From: an uncultured Actinomycetota bacterium
GTDB lineage: Bacteria; Actinomycetota; Actinomycetes; JAHEKZ01
Assembly: GCA_963743915.1 (NCBI GenBank)
Contig: CAVURN010000002.1
Span: 256,001-320,000 of the forward strand
Length of the DNA: 64,000 nt
Reading direction: 5' to 3'
A program made the position numbers and the translations under genes. Shown in pieces: positions 50,454-60,126 of this stretch. Position 1 is the first letter of the stretch. Each line of letters begins with the position of its first letter. The notes under the pieces are model-generated. The model worked only from the letters and a program-made list of their open reading frames with translations, was not told where the DNA came from and searched no databases.

Positions 50454-51780
50454 TCAGTGCAGCGGACCACGGGCGAACACATCCCAGGCATTGTTCGTGT
50501 CGGCGGGGACCAGGTTCCTTGCGGAAGACTGGAAGGCTACGAACCGTCCGTCCCCGGAGATCGACGGTATGTCGCTCATCCCGTTGGCCTGTGCTCCGGT
50601 GGAGCTGACGCTGACCCGCTGAGTCTCCTGCGTGGTCCGGTCATGGACGAACACATCCGGCTGACCGTTGGTGTCGTCGCGGACCAGCTGCCTCGCGAAA
50701 GAGAAGAAGGACACGAACTGTCCGTCCGCCGAGATCGACGGCTCGCCGCTCATGTTCTTGGCCTGGACTCCGGTGGAGCTGACGCTGACCCGCTCAGTCT
50801 TGTGCGTGGCGCGGTCATGCACGAACACATCGTTCTCACCGTTGGTGTCGGCACGGACTAGCCTAGAGAGGGACTCGAACGCTACGAAACGCCCGTCCGC
50901 CGAGATCGACGGTTCACGGCCTCCCCACTTGCCCTGTGCTCCGTTCGAGCTGACGCTCACTCGCCGAGTCTTGAGTGTCGCGCGGTCATACGCGAACACA
51001 TCCGTGTAACCGTTAGTGTCGACGCGGACCAAGTTCGTAGCCGCGGACTGGAAGGCCACGAAACGCCCGTCCGTCGAGATCGACGGCTGGCCGCTGCCGC
51101 GGTTGGCCTGTGCTCCGTTCGAGCGGAGGCTCACCCTCTTAGTCTTCTGCGTGGCTCGGTCATACACGAACACGTCATGCACCCCGTTGGTGTCGGCGCG
51201 GACCAAGTTCGTAGCGCTAGACCTGAAGGTGACGAAGCGTCCGTCCGCCGAGATCGAAGGCTGGTCACTGGTGTGATTGCCCTGGGCTCCCGGTCGATCT
51301 GACGCTGACCCGCTCAGTCTCCTGCGTGGCACGGTCATACACGAACACATCCATCTCACGGTTGGTGTCGGCATCGACCAGGTTCCTCGCGACGGACTCG
51401 AAGGCCACGAAGCGTCCGTCCGCCGAGATCGACGGCGAGTCGCTCCAGGCCTTGGCCTGTGCTCCGGTGGAGCTGACGCTAACCCGCTGAGTCTCCTGCG
51501 TGGCACGGTCATACACGAACACATCCGCCTCACCGTTGGTGTCCGCTTCGACCAGGTTCGACGCCGAGACGAAGGCCACAAACCATCCGTCCGCCGAGAC
51601 CGAGGGACTTCCGCCGCCATAGTTGGCCTGGGCTCCGGTCGAGCTGACACTGACACGTTCGGTCTGCGGCTCGACCGCCGCACTCACCGGACTTAGACCA
51701 AAGCCCAGAGCGGTTAGGGCAACTAGTAAGGCGAGCAGCCCCCGTCGAGCTTGATGCTCAGCTTCTCTTGACGTAGCCAT
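50454..51780 (-). CDS. Secreted TolB-like/PD40 beta-propeller repeat protein, frameshift near 51290
   Basis: Signal peptide; about 7 repeats of RVSVSSTGAQ..PSISADGRFVAF.S...LV..DTNG..DVFV.DR. Confidence 0.85.
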
Positions 51781-52389
51781 CACGATCCCCGTCCCTCGCT
51801 TCACTCGCTAAGGCACGCTCGACAACGCCGCGGGGGAAGTGGTCAGGCACCATGACCGACAGGCTCTCTGGCCACAGCCGAGGGCATCTACGGTCATCGT
51901 CCGCACCGGGATCGTTGAACACCAGGGGCCAACGACCCAGACCGCGCGGACATCTCCCTGGACACCCTCTGCCCCGCGTGAGATGAGCTTCCACGGCTTC
52001 GGTTCACCGGTTGACCTAGGAGGGCTGCTGGCCTACTGGCCGCGTCGACGTCCATTCGTCGTCGGGCCAGTACATCGCGTCAGGGCAGCGGGTCGACGAG
52101 GACGACGTCTGTCCACCGCAAACCCAACGCCTCACCACGCCGCAGCACCCGCAGATATACATCCCGTCACGCTGGTCGAGACCGAATTTCAACTGCTGAG
52201 TCAGCCCAAGAGCGCAGGTCGCTTGTGTCATTGGCGGAGCCTGGCAGACGGCCGCGCATCAACCTCAGCCCACAGTCCGCGGGGCCGGCCAACCCGCTGG
52301 CCACGTTGTTGTTCCACTCGTTGCTCCACACACGTCAGAGCGGGCACCAGCACCTCTGCTGACACACGCTCTGACCTGCACAAACACCG

Positions 52390-52463
<74 letters not shown>

Positions 52464-52525
52464 GCGCCCTTCGGAAAGGGCCTGCCAACATTAACGCACC
52501 TCCGACGTCCCCCGTGATTCGGGCG

Positions 52526-53473
52526 TCAGCGCACTCCTGGCTCGTCGATCGTCAGGGTGCGTGCATCGGCGTCCACGGTGGCCATGACGCCGAACGGCAC
52601 CGACGCCAGATGGGGGCCGTGGCCCATCGGGAGCCCGTAGATGACGGGGACGCCGAGACCGGCCAAGTGGATCTCGAGGACGTCCTCCAAGGAGCGGTCA
52701 GCGACAACATCCGGATCCGGCTTTCCGCAGCCGTGCAACTCGCTCACGACGATGCCGACCACGTCGTCGAAGACTCCGGCCATGCGCATCTGCCAGAAGA
52801 TGACGTCGAAGTCGATCGCGCGCAGGTCCACCTCTTCGATGAGCACGATCGAACCGGCGAGGTCCAGCTCGTACGGAGTGCCCATCAGGTGGTTGATCGT
52901 CCAGAGGTTGCCGCCGACCAGCGGTCCGCTCGCACGTCCTGGCGCGATCGGCCGGATGTAGTTGTCGTCCGGACGCCGGGGGACGTCGCCGACGCCGCCC
53001 TTGGTGAGGGCATGCAGAGCTGAGTCCCAGGTGAATGCGGTGCGGTCACTCGCGCCGAAGGAGCCGAAGCCAGGACCGTGAAAGGTGCTGAGCCCGGAGT
53101 GCTTGAGCATGGCCGCGTGCAGGTTCGTGATGTCGCTGAACCCCATGATCGCCTTGGGCTTGTCTGCCACCAGGTCGTAGTCGATCAGCGGCAGCATCTC
53201 GATCGCTCCGGTGCCACCCCACAGACAGAGGATGACGTCGACATCGTCGTCGAGCAGCAGGGCGTGCAGATCGTCCACGCGGCCTTGCGCCGGACCGGCC
53301 ACGTAGTCGTGCCGTGCCCAGACGCTGTCGCTGAGCCGAACGTCGTAGCCGCGCGACTGCCACCACTCGATGGGACGCAGCACGTCGCTGCGGTTCTCGT
53401 AGGGGCCGGACGGGGCGAAGACTCCGATGGTCCCGCCCTCGGGCAACGGTTTGCCGAACCGAGTGGCCTTCAC
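52526..53473 (-). CDS. S66 peptidase (LD-carboxypeptidase/MccF-like)
   Basis: APSG, GG.G, GFSDIT, HGP, GGNL, IEE, MGHG. Confidence 0.88.
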   Translation of the reverse strand: MKATRFGKPLPEGGTIGVFAPSGPYENRSDVLRPIEWWQSRGYDVRLSDSVWARHDYVAGPAQGRVDDLHALLLDDDVDVILCLWGGTGAIEMLPLIDYDLVADKPKAIMGFSDITNLHAAMLKHSGLSTFHGPGFGSFGASDRTAFTWDSALHALTKGGVGDVPRRPDDNYIRPIAPGRASGPLVGGNLWTINHLMGTPYELDLAGSIVLIEEVDLRAIDFDVIFWQMRMAGVFDDVVGIVVSELHGCGKPDPDVVADRSLEDVLEIHLAGLGVPVIYGLPMGHGPHLASVPFGVMATVDADARTLTIDEPGVR

Positions 53474-53484
53474 GCCTCTCCCTC

Positions 53485-54843
53485 TCATTTCCTGGAGCGC
53501 TTCTCGCGCACCTTCATCGTGATGTGCAGTGGCGTCCCGACGAATCCGTACTCCTCGCGGAGCCGACGCTCGATGAAGCGTCGGTAGCCGGACTCGAGAA
53601 ACCCGGAAGTGAAGAGTGCGAAGGTCGGTGGCTGGGTACCGGCCTGCGTGGCGAAGAGGACGCGTGGCTGCTTGCCGCCCCGGACGGGATGAGGATGCTC
53701 GGCGATGAGCCTGCCGAGGAACGCGTTGAGCTGCGCAGTCGGAATGCGGGTCGACCAGCCTTCGAGTGCGGCGTGGATGGCCGGCACCAGCTTCTCCATG
53801 TGGCGCCCGGTGGACGCCGACACGTTCACCCGCGGTGCCCACGGCACCCGGACCAGCTCGCGTTCGATCTCCTTGTCGAGGTAGTACCTGCGTTCGTCGT
53901 CGAGCAGGTCCCACTTGTTGTACGCCAGCACCAGGGCTCGGCCCGCCTCGACCACCATCGAGATGATCCGCGTGTCCTGCTCGCTGATCGGCTCGCTCGC
54001 ATCGATCAGGACCACCGCCACCTCGGCTTTCGCCAGGGCGGCCTTGGTGCGGAGGCTGGCGAAGTACTCACTGCCACTGGCCTCGTGCACGCGCCGTCGG
54101 ATCCCGGCGGTGTCGACGAACCGCCACTCCTCTCCCCCGAGCTCGATGAGCTCGTCGACCGGGTCGACCGTCGTGCCGGCGACGGAGTCGACCACGACCC
54201 GGCTCTCCCCCGCCAGGCGGTTCAGCAGGCTCGACTTGCCCACGTTCGGGCGTCCGAGCAGTGCCACGCGGTGCGGGCCGCCCGCCGCTGACTCGGCCGG
54301 CTCGACAGGCGGCATCGCCGCCAGCAACGCGTCCAGCAGGTCACCGGACCCTCGTCCGTGCAAGGCAGACACCGGCATGGGCTCGCCCAGCCCGAGCGAC
54401 CACAGGGAGGCGGCCTCGAGCTCGGAGCGGTGGCTGTCGACCTTGTTCGCCGCCAGGACCACGGGCTTCTTCGCGCGACGCAGCACCTGGACGACTGCCT
54501 CGTCCGTGTCGGTGATCCCGACCTCGGCGTCCACCACGAGAAGCACGACGTCAGCAGCCTCGACGGCGAGCTCGGCCTGCGCCGCCACTCTCGCCGACAA
54601 CCCCTGAGCATCCGGCTCCCAGCCTCCGGTGTCGACGACGATGAAGTCGCGGCCGGACCAGCTGGCGTCGTAGGCGACCCGGTCACGGGTGACGCCGGGA
54701 CGGTCCTCGACCACGGCCTCGCGACGTCCGAGGATGCGGTTGACGAGCGTGGACTTGCCCACGTTGGGCCGACCCACGACAGCCACCACAGGAAGGGCCG
54801 CATAGGTACGGCCCGTCTCGACGGTGTCGTCGGCCTCGGTCAC
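53485..54843 (-). CDS. der: Ribosome biogenesis GTPase Der (EngA)
   Basis: Two GRPNVGKS G-domains. Confidence 0.97.
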   Translation of the reverse strand: MTEADDTVETGRTYAALPVVAVVGRPNVGKSTLVNRILGRREAVVEDRPGVTRDRVAYDASWSGRDFIVVDTGGWEPDAQGLSARVAAQAELAVEAADVVLLVVDAEVGITDTDEAVVQVLRRAKKPVVLAANKVDSHRSELEAASLWSLGLGEPMPVSALHGRGSGDLLDALLAAMPPVEPAESAAGGPHRVALLGRPNVGKSSLLNRLAGESRVVVDSVAGTTVDPVDELIELGGEEWRFVDTAGIRRRVHEASGSEYFASLRTKAALAKAEVAVVLIDASEPISEQDTRIISMVVEAGRALVLAYNKWDLLDDERRYYLDKEIERELVRVPWAPRVNVSASTGRHMEKLVPAIHAALEGWSTRIPTAQLNAFLGRLIAEHPHPVRGGKQPRVLFATQAGTQPPTFALFTSGFLESGYRRFIERRLREEYGFVGTPLHITMKVREKRSRK

Positions 54844-54858
54844 GATGACAGTCTCTCG

Positions 54859-55560
54859 TCAGGACGCGGCGACGCTCGGGACGCGCTCGCGCACGAGCCC
54901 CACCACGTGGTCCACGACCTCGTCGAGGCTCATCCGGGTGGAGTCGATGAGCACCGCGTCCTCTGCCTGGGTGAGTGGTGACAGCTCGCGCGTGCTGTCC
55001 AGATGGTCGCGTTGGTCGAGCATGGCGGCGGTGTGCTCGACGGTGAGCCCGTGCTCCTCGGCCCACTCAGCAGCACGCCGTTCGGCCCGGGCCTCGGTGG
55101 ACGCCACCAGGAAGACCTTGACCGCGGCGTCGGGCGCCACGACCGTGCCGATGTCACGGCCCTCGACGACGACCGGTCCGCGCTCCATGATCTCCCGCTG
55201 CACGGCGACCAGCCTGGCCCGGACCTCCGGCACGGCGCTCACGGCGCTCACCGAGGAGGTGACGTGGGGGTCGCGGATCTCGTCACTGACCTCGCGGCCG
55301 TCGACGAAGACGGCTGGGGCGCGGGGATCCACGGAGATGTCCAGGAGCGGCTCCTCGACCCGACCGGCCACGGCAGCGGGGTCATCGACGTCGACACCTT
55401 GGTCGATGAGCCACCAGGTCAGAGCCCGGTACATGGCACCGGTGTCCACGTAGTTCCAGCCCAGCCGCACCGCCACTCCTCGTGCGGTGCTCGACTTCCC
55501 CGAGCCAGAAGGGCCGTCGACGGCGACCGCGATGAGGGCGCCCGAGGCGTCGTGCACCAT
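54859..55560 (-). CDS. cmk: Cytidylate kinase
   Basis: DGPSGSGKS, DTGAMYRA, EGRDIGT. Confidence 0.96.
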   Translation of the reverse strand: MVHDASGALIAVAVDGPSGSGKSSTARGVAVRLGWNYVDTGAMYRALTWWLIDQGVDVDDPAAVAGRVEEPLLDISVDPRAPAVFVDGREVSDEIRDPHVTSSVSAVSAVPEVRARLVAVQREIMERGPVVVEGRDIGTVVAPDAAVKVFLVASTEARAERRAAEWAEEHGLTVEHTAAMLDQRDHLDSTRELSPLTQAEDAVLIDSTRMSLDEVVDHVVGLVRERVPSVAAS

Positions 55561-55680
55561 GGCTCCTCCTTCAGGTCGGGCCGTGCGGTTCCTCCACCGG
55601 TGGTGGGTACGGGCGGTTGTGCAGTCGGCAGAGAGTATCGGGTGAGGGGAGACAGCCGCGCGGGCGTCGACGGGTCCCGG

Positions 55681-56772
55681 TCAGTGGGCCGACCAGCCGG
55701 CGGCGCGCAGCGCCTCGGTCAGCGGGGCCGCCTGGTCCGGGGACACCGACAGCTCGACCAGCCCGACCGGGTGCCCGGCCGAGTGCTCGAGCCGGATGTC
55801 CTCCACGCTGGCCCCGGCGTCCGCCACCGCGACGAAGAGAGCCGCCAGCGCTCCGGGCTCGTCCGGGATCACCACGGGGACGACCGCGTAGTCGGTGGCC
55901 GGCGTCCCATGCTTGCCGGGGATCCGGGCGTATCCCTCCTGACCTGCAGCGATCAGACGCTTGATGGCTTCATCGACTTCACGTCTTGTCGACTTGTCTG
56001 CAGCATGATCCGCCAGTGCGGCCCCGACGTCGGTGATCTCCTGGCCCAGGCTCCGCAGCAGGGGACCCACGACGGCGGCGTTCGCGGCCAGGATGTCGCT
56101 CCACATCGTGGCGTCGCTGGCGGCGATCCGGACGGTGTCCCGCAACCCCTGTCCGGCGAGCACCATGGCCTCTGCGCTCGCCTGCCGAAGCTCACCCGCC
56201 AGCGCGCTGGCCACCACCTGAGGGAGGTGCGAGACCAGCCCGACCGCCTGGTCGTGCTCCTCCGCCGACATCCGCACCGGATCGGCCCCGCAGTCCCGCA
56301 CCAGACGCTCCACCAGAGCCACCCGATGGTCCGGGACGCTGCTCGCCGCGCACACCGCCCACGGCCGGGCCTCGAAGAGGTCGGCTCGAGCCGCCGTCGC
56401 CCCGCTGCGTTCCCGCCCCGCCATCGGATGACCCCCGACAAAGCGCTCGGAAACCCCTAATCTCTGCGCCTCCAGTTGAGGGTCATACTTGATGCTCGAA
56501 ACATCACTAACCGTCGCCGAAGGATACAGACGGATGCACTCCTCCATGACCAGTCCCACCGCAGAGGGTGGCACGGCCAGCAGGATGAGCTCAGGGGCGT
56601 CCTCACACCAGCCCGCCTTCCCTGCTCCCAGGTCGGCCGCGACACGTTCCGCGCGGGGATCGGTGTCGTGGATCCACACCTGCCAGGGACGGTCCGAGAG
56701 GGCGAGACCCACCGAGGTCCCCAGAAGGCCGGCCCCCACGATCTGGAGCACAGCCTCCTCAGACCGGCTCAT
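55681..56772 (-). CDS. tyrA: Prephenate dehydrogenase with C-terminal ACT domain
   Basis: GAGLLGTS, GGHPMAGRE, HDQAV..VSHLP, DTVRIA. Confidence 0.92.
   Translation of the reverse strand: MSRSEEAVLQIVGAGLLGTSVGLALSDRPWQVWIHDTDPRAERVAADLGAGKAGWCEDAPELILLAVPPSAVGLVMEECIRLYPSATVSDVSSIKYDPQLEAQRLGVSERFVGGHPMAGRERSGATAARADLFEARPWAVCAASSVPDHRVALVERLVRDCGADPVRMSAEEHDQAVGLVSHLPQVVASALAGELRQASAEAMVLAGQGLRDTVRIAASDATMWSDILAANAAVVGPLLRSLGQEITDVGAALADHAADKSTRREVDEAIKRLIAAGQEGYARIPGKHGTPATDYAVVPVVIPDEPGALAALFVAVADAGASVEDIRLEHSAGHPVGLVELSVSPDQAAPLTEALRAAGWSAH
55973..55996. repeat. 8-bp-phased iteron trio inside tyrA
   Basis: TCGACTTC ACGTCTTG TCGACTTG within an A/T-ending codon patch. Confidence 0.55.
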
Positions 56773-57128
56773 TGCGCGAGATCCTGTCGCAGCACCTCGG
56801 CGCCCCTCAGGTAGACGTGCACGATCTCGCCCCGGGGGCGGTCCAAGGCAGCGTGGGCCATGACCCGCACGACGCGCGGGAGGGCACCGACCACGTCGAG
56901 CTCCTGGGCACAGATCAGGGGCACGTCACCGATCCCCAGCGTGCGGGCCGCGGCGGCCGGGAAGGCGCTCCGGAGGTCGGGCGTGCTCGTGAAGATCACA
57001 CTGATCAGGTCGTCCGTGGTCAGGTCGTTCCGGGCTAGCAGCTCCCCCATCAGCTCGACCACGGCGTCGGCCATCTCGGTGGCGTCGTCGGCCCGCAGCT
57101 GGGTGGCTCCGCGGAGTGCTCTGATCAC
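56769..57128 (-). CDS. aroH: Chorismate mutase AroH
   Basis: RALRGATQL, FTSTPDL..AFPAAAAR, HVYLRGA..LR.DL. Confidence 0.94.
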   Translation of the reverse strand: MIRALRGATQLRADDATEMADAVVELMGELLARNDLTTDDLISVIFTSTPDLRSAFPAAAARTLGIGDVPLICAQELDVVGALPRVVRVMAHAALDRPRGEIVHVYLRGAEVLRQDLAQ

Positions 57129-57172
57129 GGCGTCACCCTATCGGCCCCTCGATGAGCAGAGAACACGCCACA

Positions 57173-57444
57173 TCGTCATGTCGACTTCGTGTCTCGCCAA
57201 GTCGACAAAGTTCCTTTCGGAGAATCCCCTCCGCGCACGGACTCCAGGGGGTCCGGATCCCCCACCGACTTGTCGACATGCGGCGTTTCGTGGGGACTCT
57301 CCCTGCAGGTCAGGACCGCATCGCCCGGCTGGGCGATTCACGGGCAGCAGATCGGTCTGCCCCTCCGACTTGTCGACAAGCCGATGGCGGCGCCATGCCA
57401 GCGCCTCGCCTCACTATTTACCGACTAACCGACAAGTCGAGAAG
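57173..57444. repeat. Cluster of 8-bp-phased CGAC-WW iterons in the rluB-aroH spacer and rluB 3' end
   Basis: CCC(A/T)CCGACTTGTCGACA at 57261 and 57361; TGTCGACTT-N11-AAGTCGACA at 57179-57207; CCGACTAA CCGACAAG TCGAGAAG at 57421-57444. Confidence 0.75.
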
Positions 57445-58176
57445 GTCCATCAGCTCACCCTGCTCATGACGGGTGAGCAGTCGGACCCCTCCGGGCCGGA
57501 GTCGACCGAGGCGGATGGGGCCGAACTGCAGCCGCACGAGGCGTCTCACCGGGAGTCCCACCTCGTCGAGCAGCCGGCGCACGATCCGGGTGCGGCCCAG
57601 GTGCACGGTGACCTCCACCTGGGCCTCGCCACCGGACTGGGCGACCAGCCGGAAGGCATCCACCGCGGCCGGTCCGTCCTCGAGCTCCACCCCTGCCCGC
57701 AGGCGACGGCCGACGTCCTTGGCGACCGGCCCGGAGACGACCGCCCGGTAGACCTTGGGCACCTCGAAGGACGGGTGGGCCAGCCGGTGGGCCGCCTCCC
57801 CGTCGTTGGTCACCAGGAGCAGCCCCTCGGTGTCGATGTCCAGCCGTCCGACGTGGAAGAGCCGTTCCGGACGGTCGGCCACCATGTCCCCCACGCACGG
57901 GCGCCCCTCGGGGTCCTGCATGGTGCTGACGGTCCCCAAGGGCTTGTTCAGCGCCAGGTACACGACGCCGGGAGCCGTGGGGATGCGCTCTCCGTCCACC
58001 CGGACCACCGCACGGGTCGGATCCACCCGCATCCCCTGCGTCCGGACGACCGTGCCGTCCACCGAGACCCGACCGGACGCGATCAGCTCCTCAGCGGCCC
58101 GACGGCTGGCGATACCAGCGGCCGCCAGGACTTTCTGGAGGCGAATACCCTCAGGCTTTGATTGAGGGTTAGTCAT
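57418..58176 (-). CDS. rluB: rRNA pseudouridine synthase (RluB/RsuA family)
   Basis: S4 domain RLQKVLA..G..SRR, LNKP, VGRLD..TEGLLL.TNDG. Confidence 0.92.
   Translation of the reverse strand: MTNPQSKPEGIRLQKVLAAAGIASRRAAEELIASGRVSVDGTVVRTQGMRVDPTRAVVRVDGERIPTAPGVVYLALNKPLGTVSTMQDPEGRPCVGDMVADRPERLFHVGRLDIDTEGLLLVTNDGEAAHRLAHPSFEVPKVYRAVVSGPVAKDVGRRLRAGVELEDGPAAVDAFRLVAQSGGEAQVEVTVHLGRTRIVRRLLDEVGLPVRRLVRLQFGPIRLGRLRPGGVRLLTRHEQGELMDLLDLSVSR
58147..58169. promoter_or_regulatory. FtsR-type palindrome embedded in the first codons of rluB
   Basis: ACCCTCA-GGCTTTGAT-TGAGGGT, same arms and spacing as the 36867 site. Confidence 0.6.
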
Positions 58177-58790
58177 AATTCGGCTTCAAGCGTCTCAAGA
58201 TCGGGGAGATAGGGCGCGATCTCTGGTAGCTCGTCGACGGAGGCGAGCCCGAGTCGCTCGAGGAAGTAGCTGGTGGTCCGGTAGAGGTGGGCGCCGGTTT
58301 CTCCGTCCGTCCCACACTCCTCGACCAGGCCCCGCGCCAGGAGTGTCCGCATCACCGCGTCCACGTTGACGCCCCGCACCGCCGAGATGCGGGCCCGGGA
58401 GACGGGCTGGCGGTAGGCCACCACGGCCAGGGTCTCCAGGGCGGCCTGAGTCAGTCGGGCGTGCTGGCCGTCGAGGACGAACCGTTCGACCGCCGTGGCG
58501 TATGCCGGGCTGCTGTAGTAGCGCCAGCCGCCTGCCACCTCACGCAGCACGAACCCGCGCCCCTGCTCGGCGTACTCCCCCGCGAGCTGCACGCAGGCCG
58601 CTGCGACCTCGGCCTCGGGGCGTTGCAGCACCTGCGCCAGCGTGACCGGGGCCACGGGCTCGTCCACCACCATCAGGATGGCCTCCAGGGCCGGGGCCAA
58701 CGCCAGCTCCTCGGCAGCCTGCTCGGTCTCAGCAGAAGGGTCGGTGTCGAGCGCCTCGTCAGGTGGCAGGTCCTCGGTCACGTCACTCAC
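58173..58790 (-). CDS. scpB: SMC-Scp complex subunit ScpB
   Basis: LEAILM, LETLAVVAYRQPVSR..I..VRGV, YRTT..FL. Confidence 0.95.
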   Translation of the reverse strand: MSDVTEDLPPDEALDTDPSAETEQAAEELALAPALEAILMVVDEPVAPVTLAQVLQRPEAEVAAACVQLAGEYAEQGRGFVLREVAGGWRYYSSPAYATAVERFVLDGQHARLTQAALETLAVVAYRQPVSRARISAVRGVNVDAVMRTLLARGLVEECGTDGETGAHLYRTTSYFLERLGLASVDELPEIAPYLPDLETLEAEL

Positions 58791-59664
58791 GGGTGTCCTC
58801 TCCGGCCGGCGGGACCGACGGCAGGTCGCGGGCATCGTCTTCGTCGAACTCGTCGTGGAGGTCGAGGTCGCCCTCGTCCGCGCCCGTCCACCGGACGGTC
58901 AGCTCCGCCAGCGGCTGGACCTGGTCGAAGGCCACGGCACCCTCACGGAAGAGCTCCAGCAGCGCCAGGAAACGGGCGATCACCGTCGTCGTGTCGCCGG
59001 CATCCCCCACCAGGGCACGGAAAGTGGCGGTCCGGCTGCGCCGCAGGCGGCTCACGAGCAGGGTCGCCTGCTCCTTGACGCTCACCGCCGGCGCGTGCAC
59101 GTGGCCGAGCGACACCTCGGGCACCGGCTTGGGCGTGAGCGCCTTGGCCGCCAGCGCGGCGAAGCCGTCCGGACCCACCCCGATCAGCACCTCCGGCAGC
59201 AGCGAGGCGAACTCCGGTTCCAGGCCCACTGCACGCGGGTAGCTCCGACCCGCGTGCGCCATGATCGAGGCCAGCTCGGCGGCCACCGTCTTGTAGGCGC
59301 GGTACTGCAGCAGCCGCGCGAAGAGCAGGTCGCGCGCCTCCAGGAGGGCGAGGTCGTCCTCGTCCTCGACCTCCGCCGAGGGCAGCAGGCGGGCGGTCTT
59401 GAGGTCCAGCAGGGTGGCCGCGACGACCAGGAAGTGCGTGGTCTGCTCGAGGTCCCAGGCGTCGCCGGCCGCCTTGATGTGGGCGATGAACTCGTCGGTC
59501 ACGACGCCGAGGGCCACCTCGGTGACGTCCAGCTTGTGCTTGGCGATCAGCCCCAGCAGCAGGTCGAACGGCCCCTCGAAGACCGGCAGGTGGACGTGGA
59601 ACGCCGCAGCCCCGGACTCCTGCGATGCATCGGGCACCGCAGGCTCGGTCGTGGTCGAGGTCAC
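58783..59664 (-). CDS. scpA: SMC-Scp complex kleisin ScpA
   Basis: FEGPFDLLL.LI, FLVVAATLLDLK, RFLALLEL. Confidence 0.95.
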   Translation of the reverse strand: MTSTTTEPAVPDASQESGAAAFHVHLPVFEGPFDLLLGLIAKHKLDVTEVALGVVTDEFIAHIKAAGDAWDLEQTTHFLVVAATLLDLKTARLLPSAEVEDEDDLALLEARDLLFARLLQYRAYKTVAAELASIMAHAGRSYPRAVGLEPEFASLLPEVLIGVGPDGFAALAAKALTPKPVPEVSLGHVHAPAVSVKEQATLLVSRLRRSRTATFRALVGDAGDTTTVIARFLALLELFREGAVAFDQVQPLAELTVRWTGADEGDLDLHDEFDEDDARDLPSVPPAGEDTRE

Positions 59665-59718
59665 GGCGGAACCGTAGCCCAGGCGCCTGCCCGCCGGGCG
59701 ACCGGCGGGGCAGCCGGG

Positions 59719-60126
59719 TCAGCCCTCGCGCAGCCGACGGGCCACGATGCTCGCCTCGCCCTTGGCCGCGAGGTCGGCGACGACCACGGCCACCGCCTCA
59801 CGCACGATCCGGCCGCGGTCCACCTTCAGGCCCAGGTCGCGGTAGAGGGTCGACTTGGCCTCGTCGAGCGCGACCAGCTCGTCCGACGACAGGTAGACGG
59901 TGATCTTCTCGTCGTGCCGCTGGCGGCCCGACGGACGGCCCGCTCCCCGCTGCGCGCGCGAGGCAGGGGGTGCGATCTCTCGATCTTTAGGTGAGGTAGA
60001 GACTGTTTCCCCATCTGGGGATCGGGGCTGTGGAGGGCTGGTCTCGACCGCCTCGGCGAGAGCGGACGCCGACGAGGTGGTGCGGAAGAGCTCGGAAGCC
60101 CCTGGGAGGGCGGCGCGGCGACTCAT
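59719..60126 (-). CDS. Conserved ParA-associated small protein, predicted ribbon-helix-helix DNA-binding C-terminus
   Basis: N-terminal basic peptide MSRRAALPGASELF, low-complexity linker, then strand (EKITVYLS)-helix-helix (DRGRIVREAV); overlaps the parA stop. Confidence 0.65.
   Translation of the reverse strand: MSRRAALPGASELFRTTSSASALAEAVETSPPQPRSPDGETVSTSPKDREIAPPASRAQRGAGRPSGRQRHDEKITVYLSSDELVALDEAKSTLYRDLGLKVDRGRIVREAVAVVVADLAAKGEASIVARRLREG

Noticed and set aside
51805-52389. Integrase remnant next to tRNA-Pro
   Set aside because: No recombinase motifs in any listed frame; short ORFs here are unsupported.
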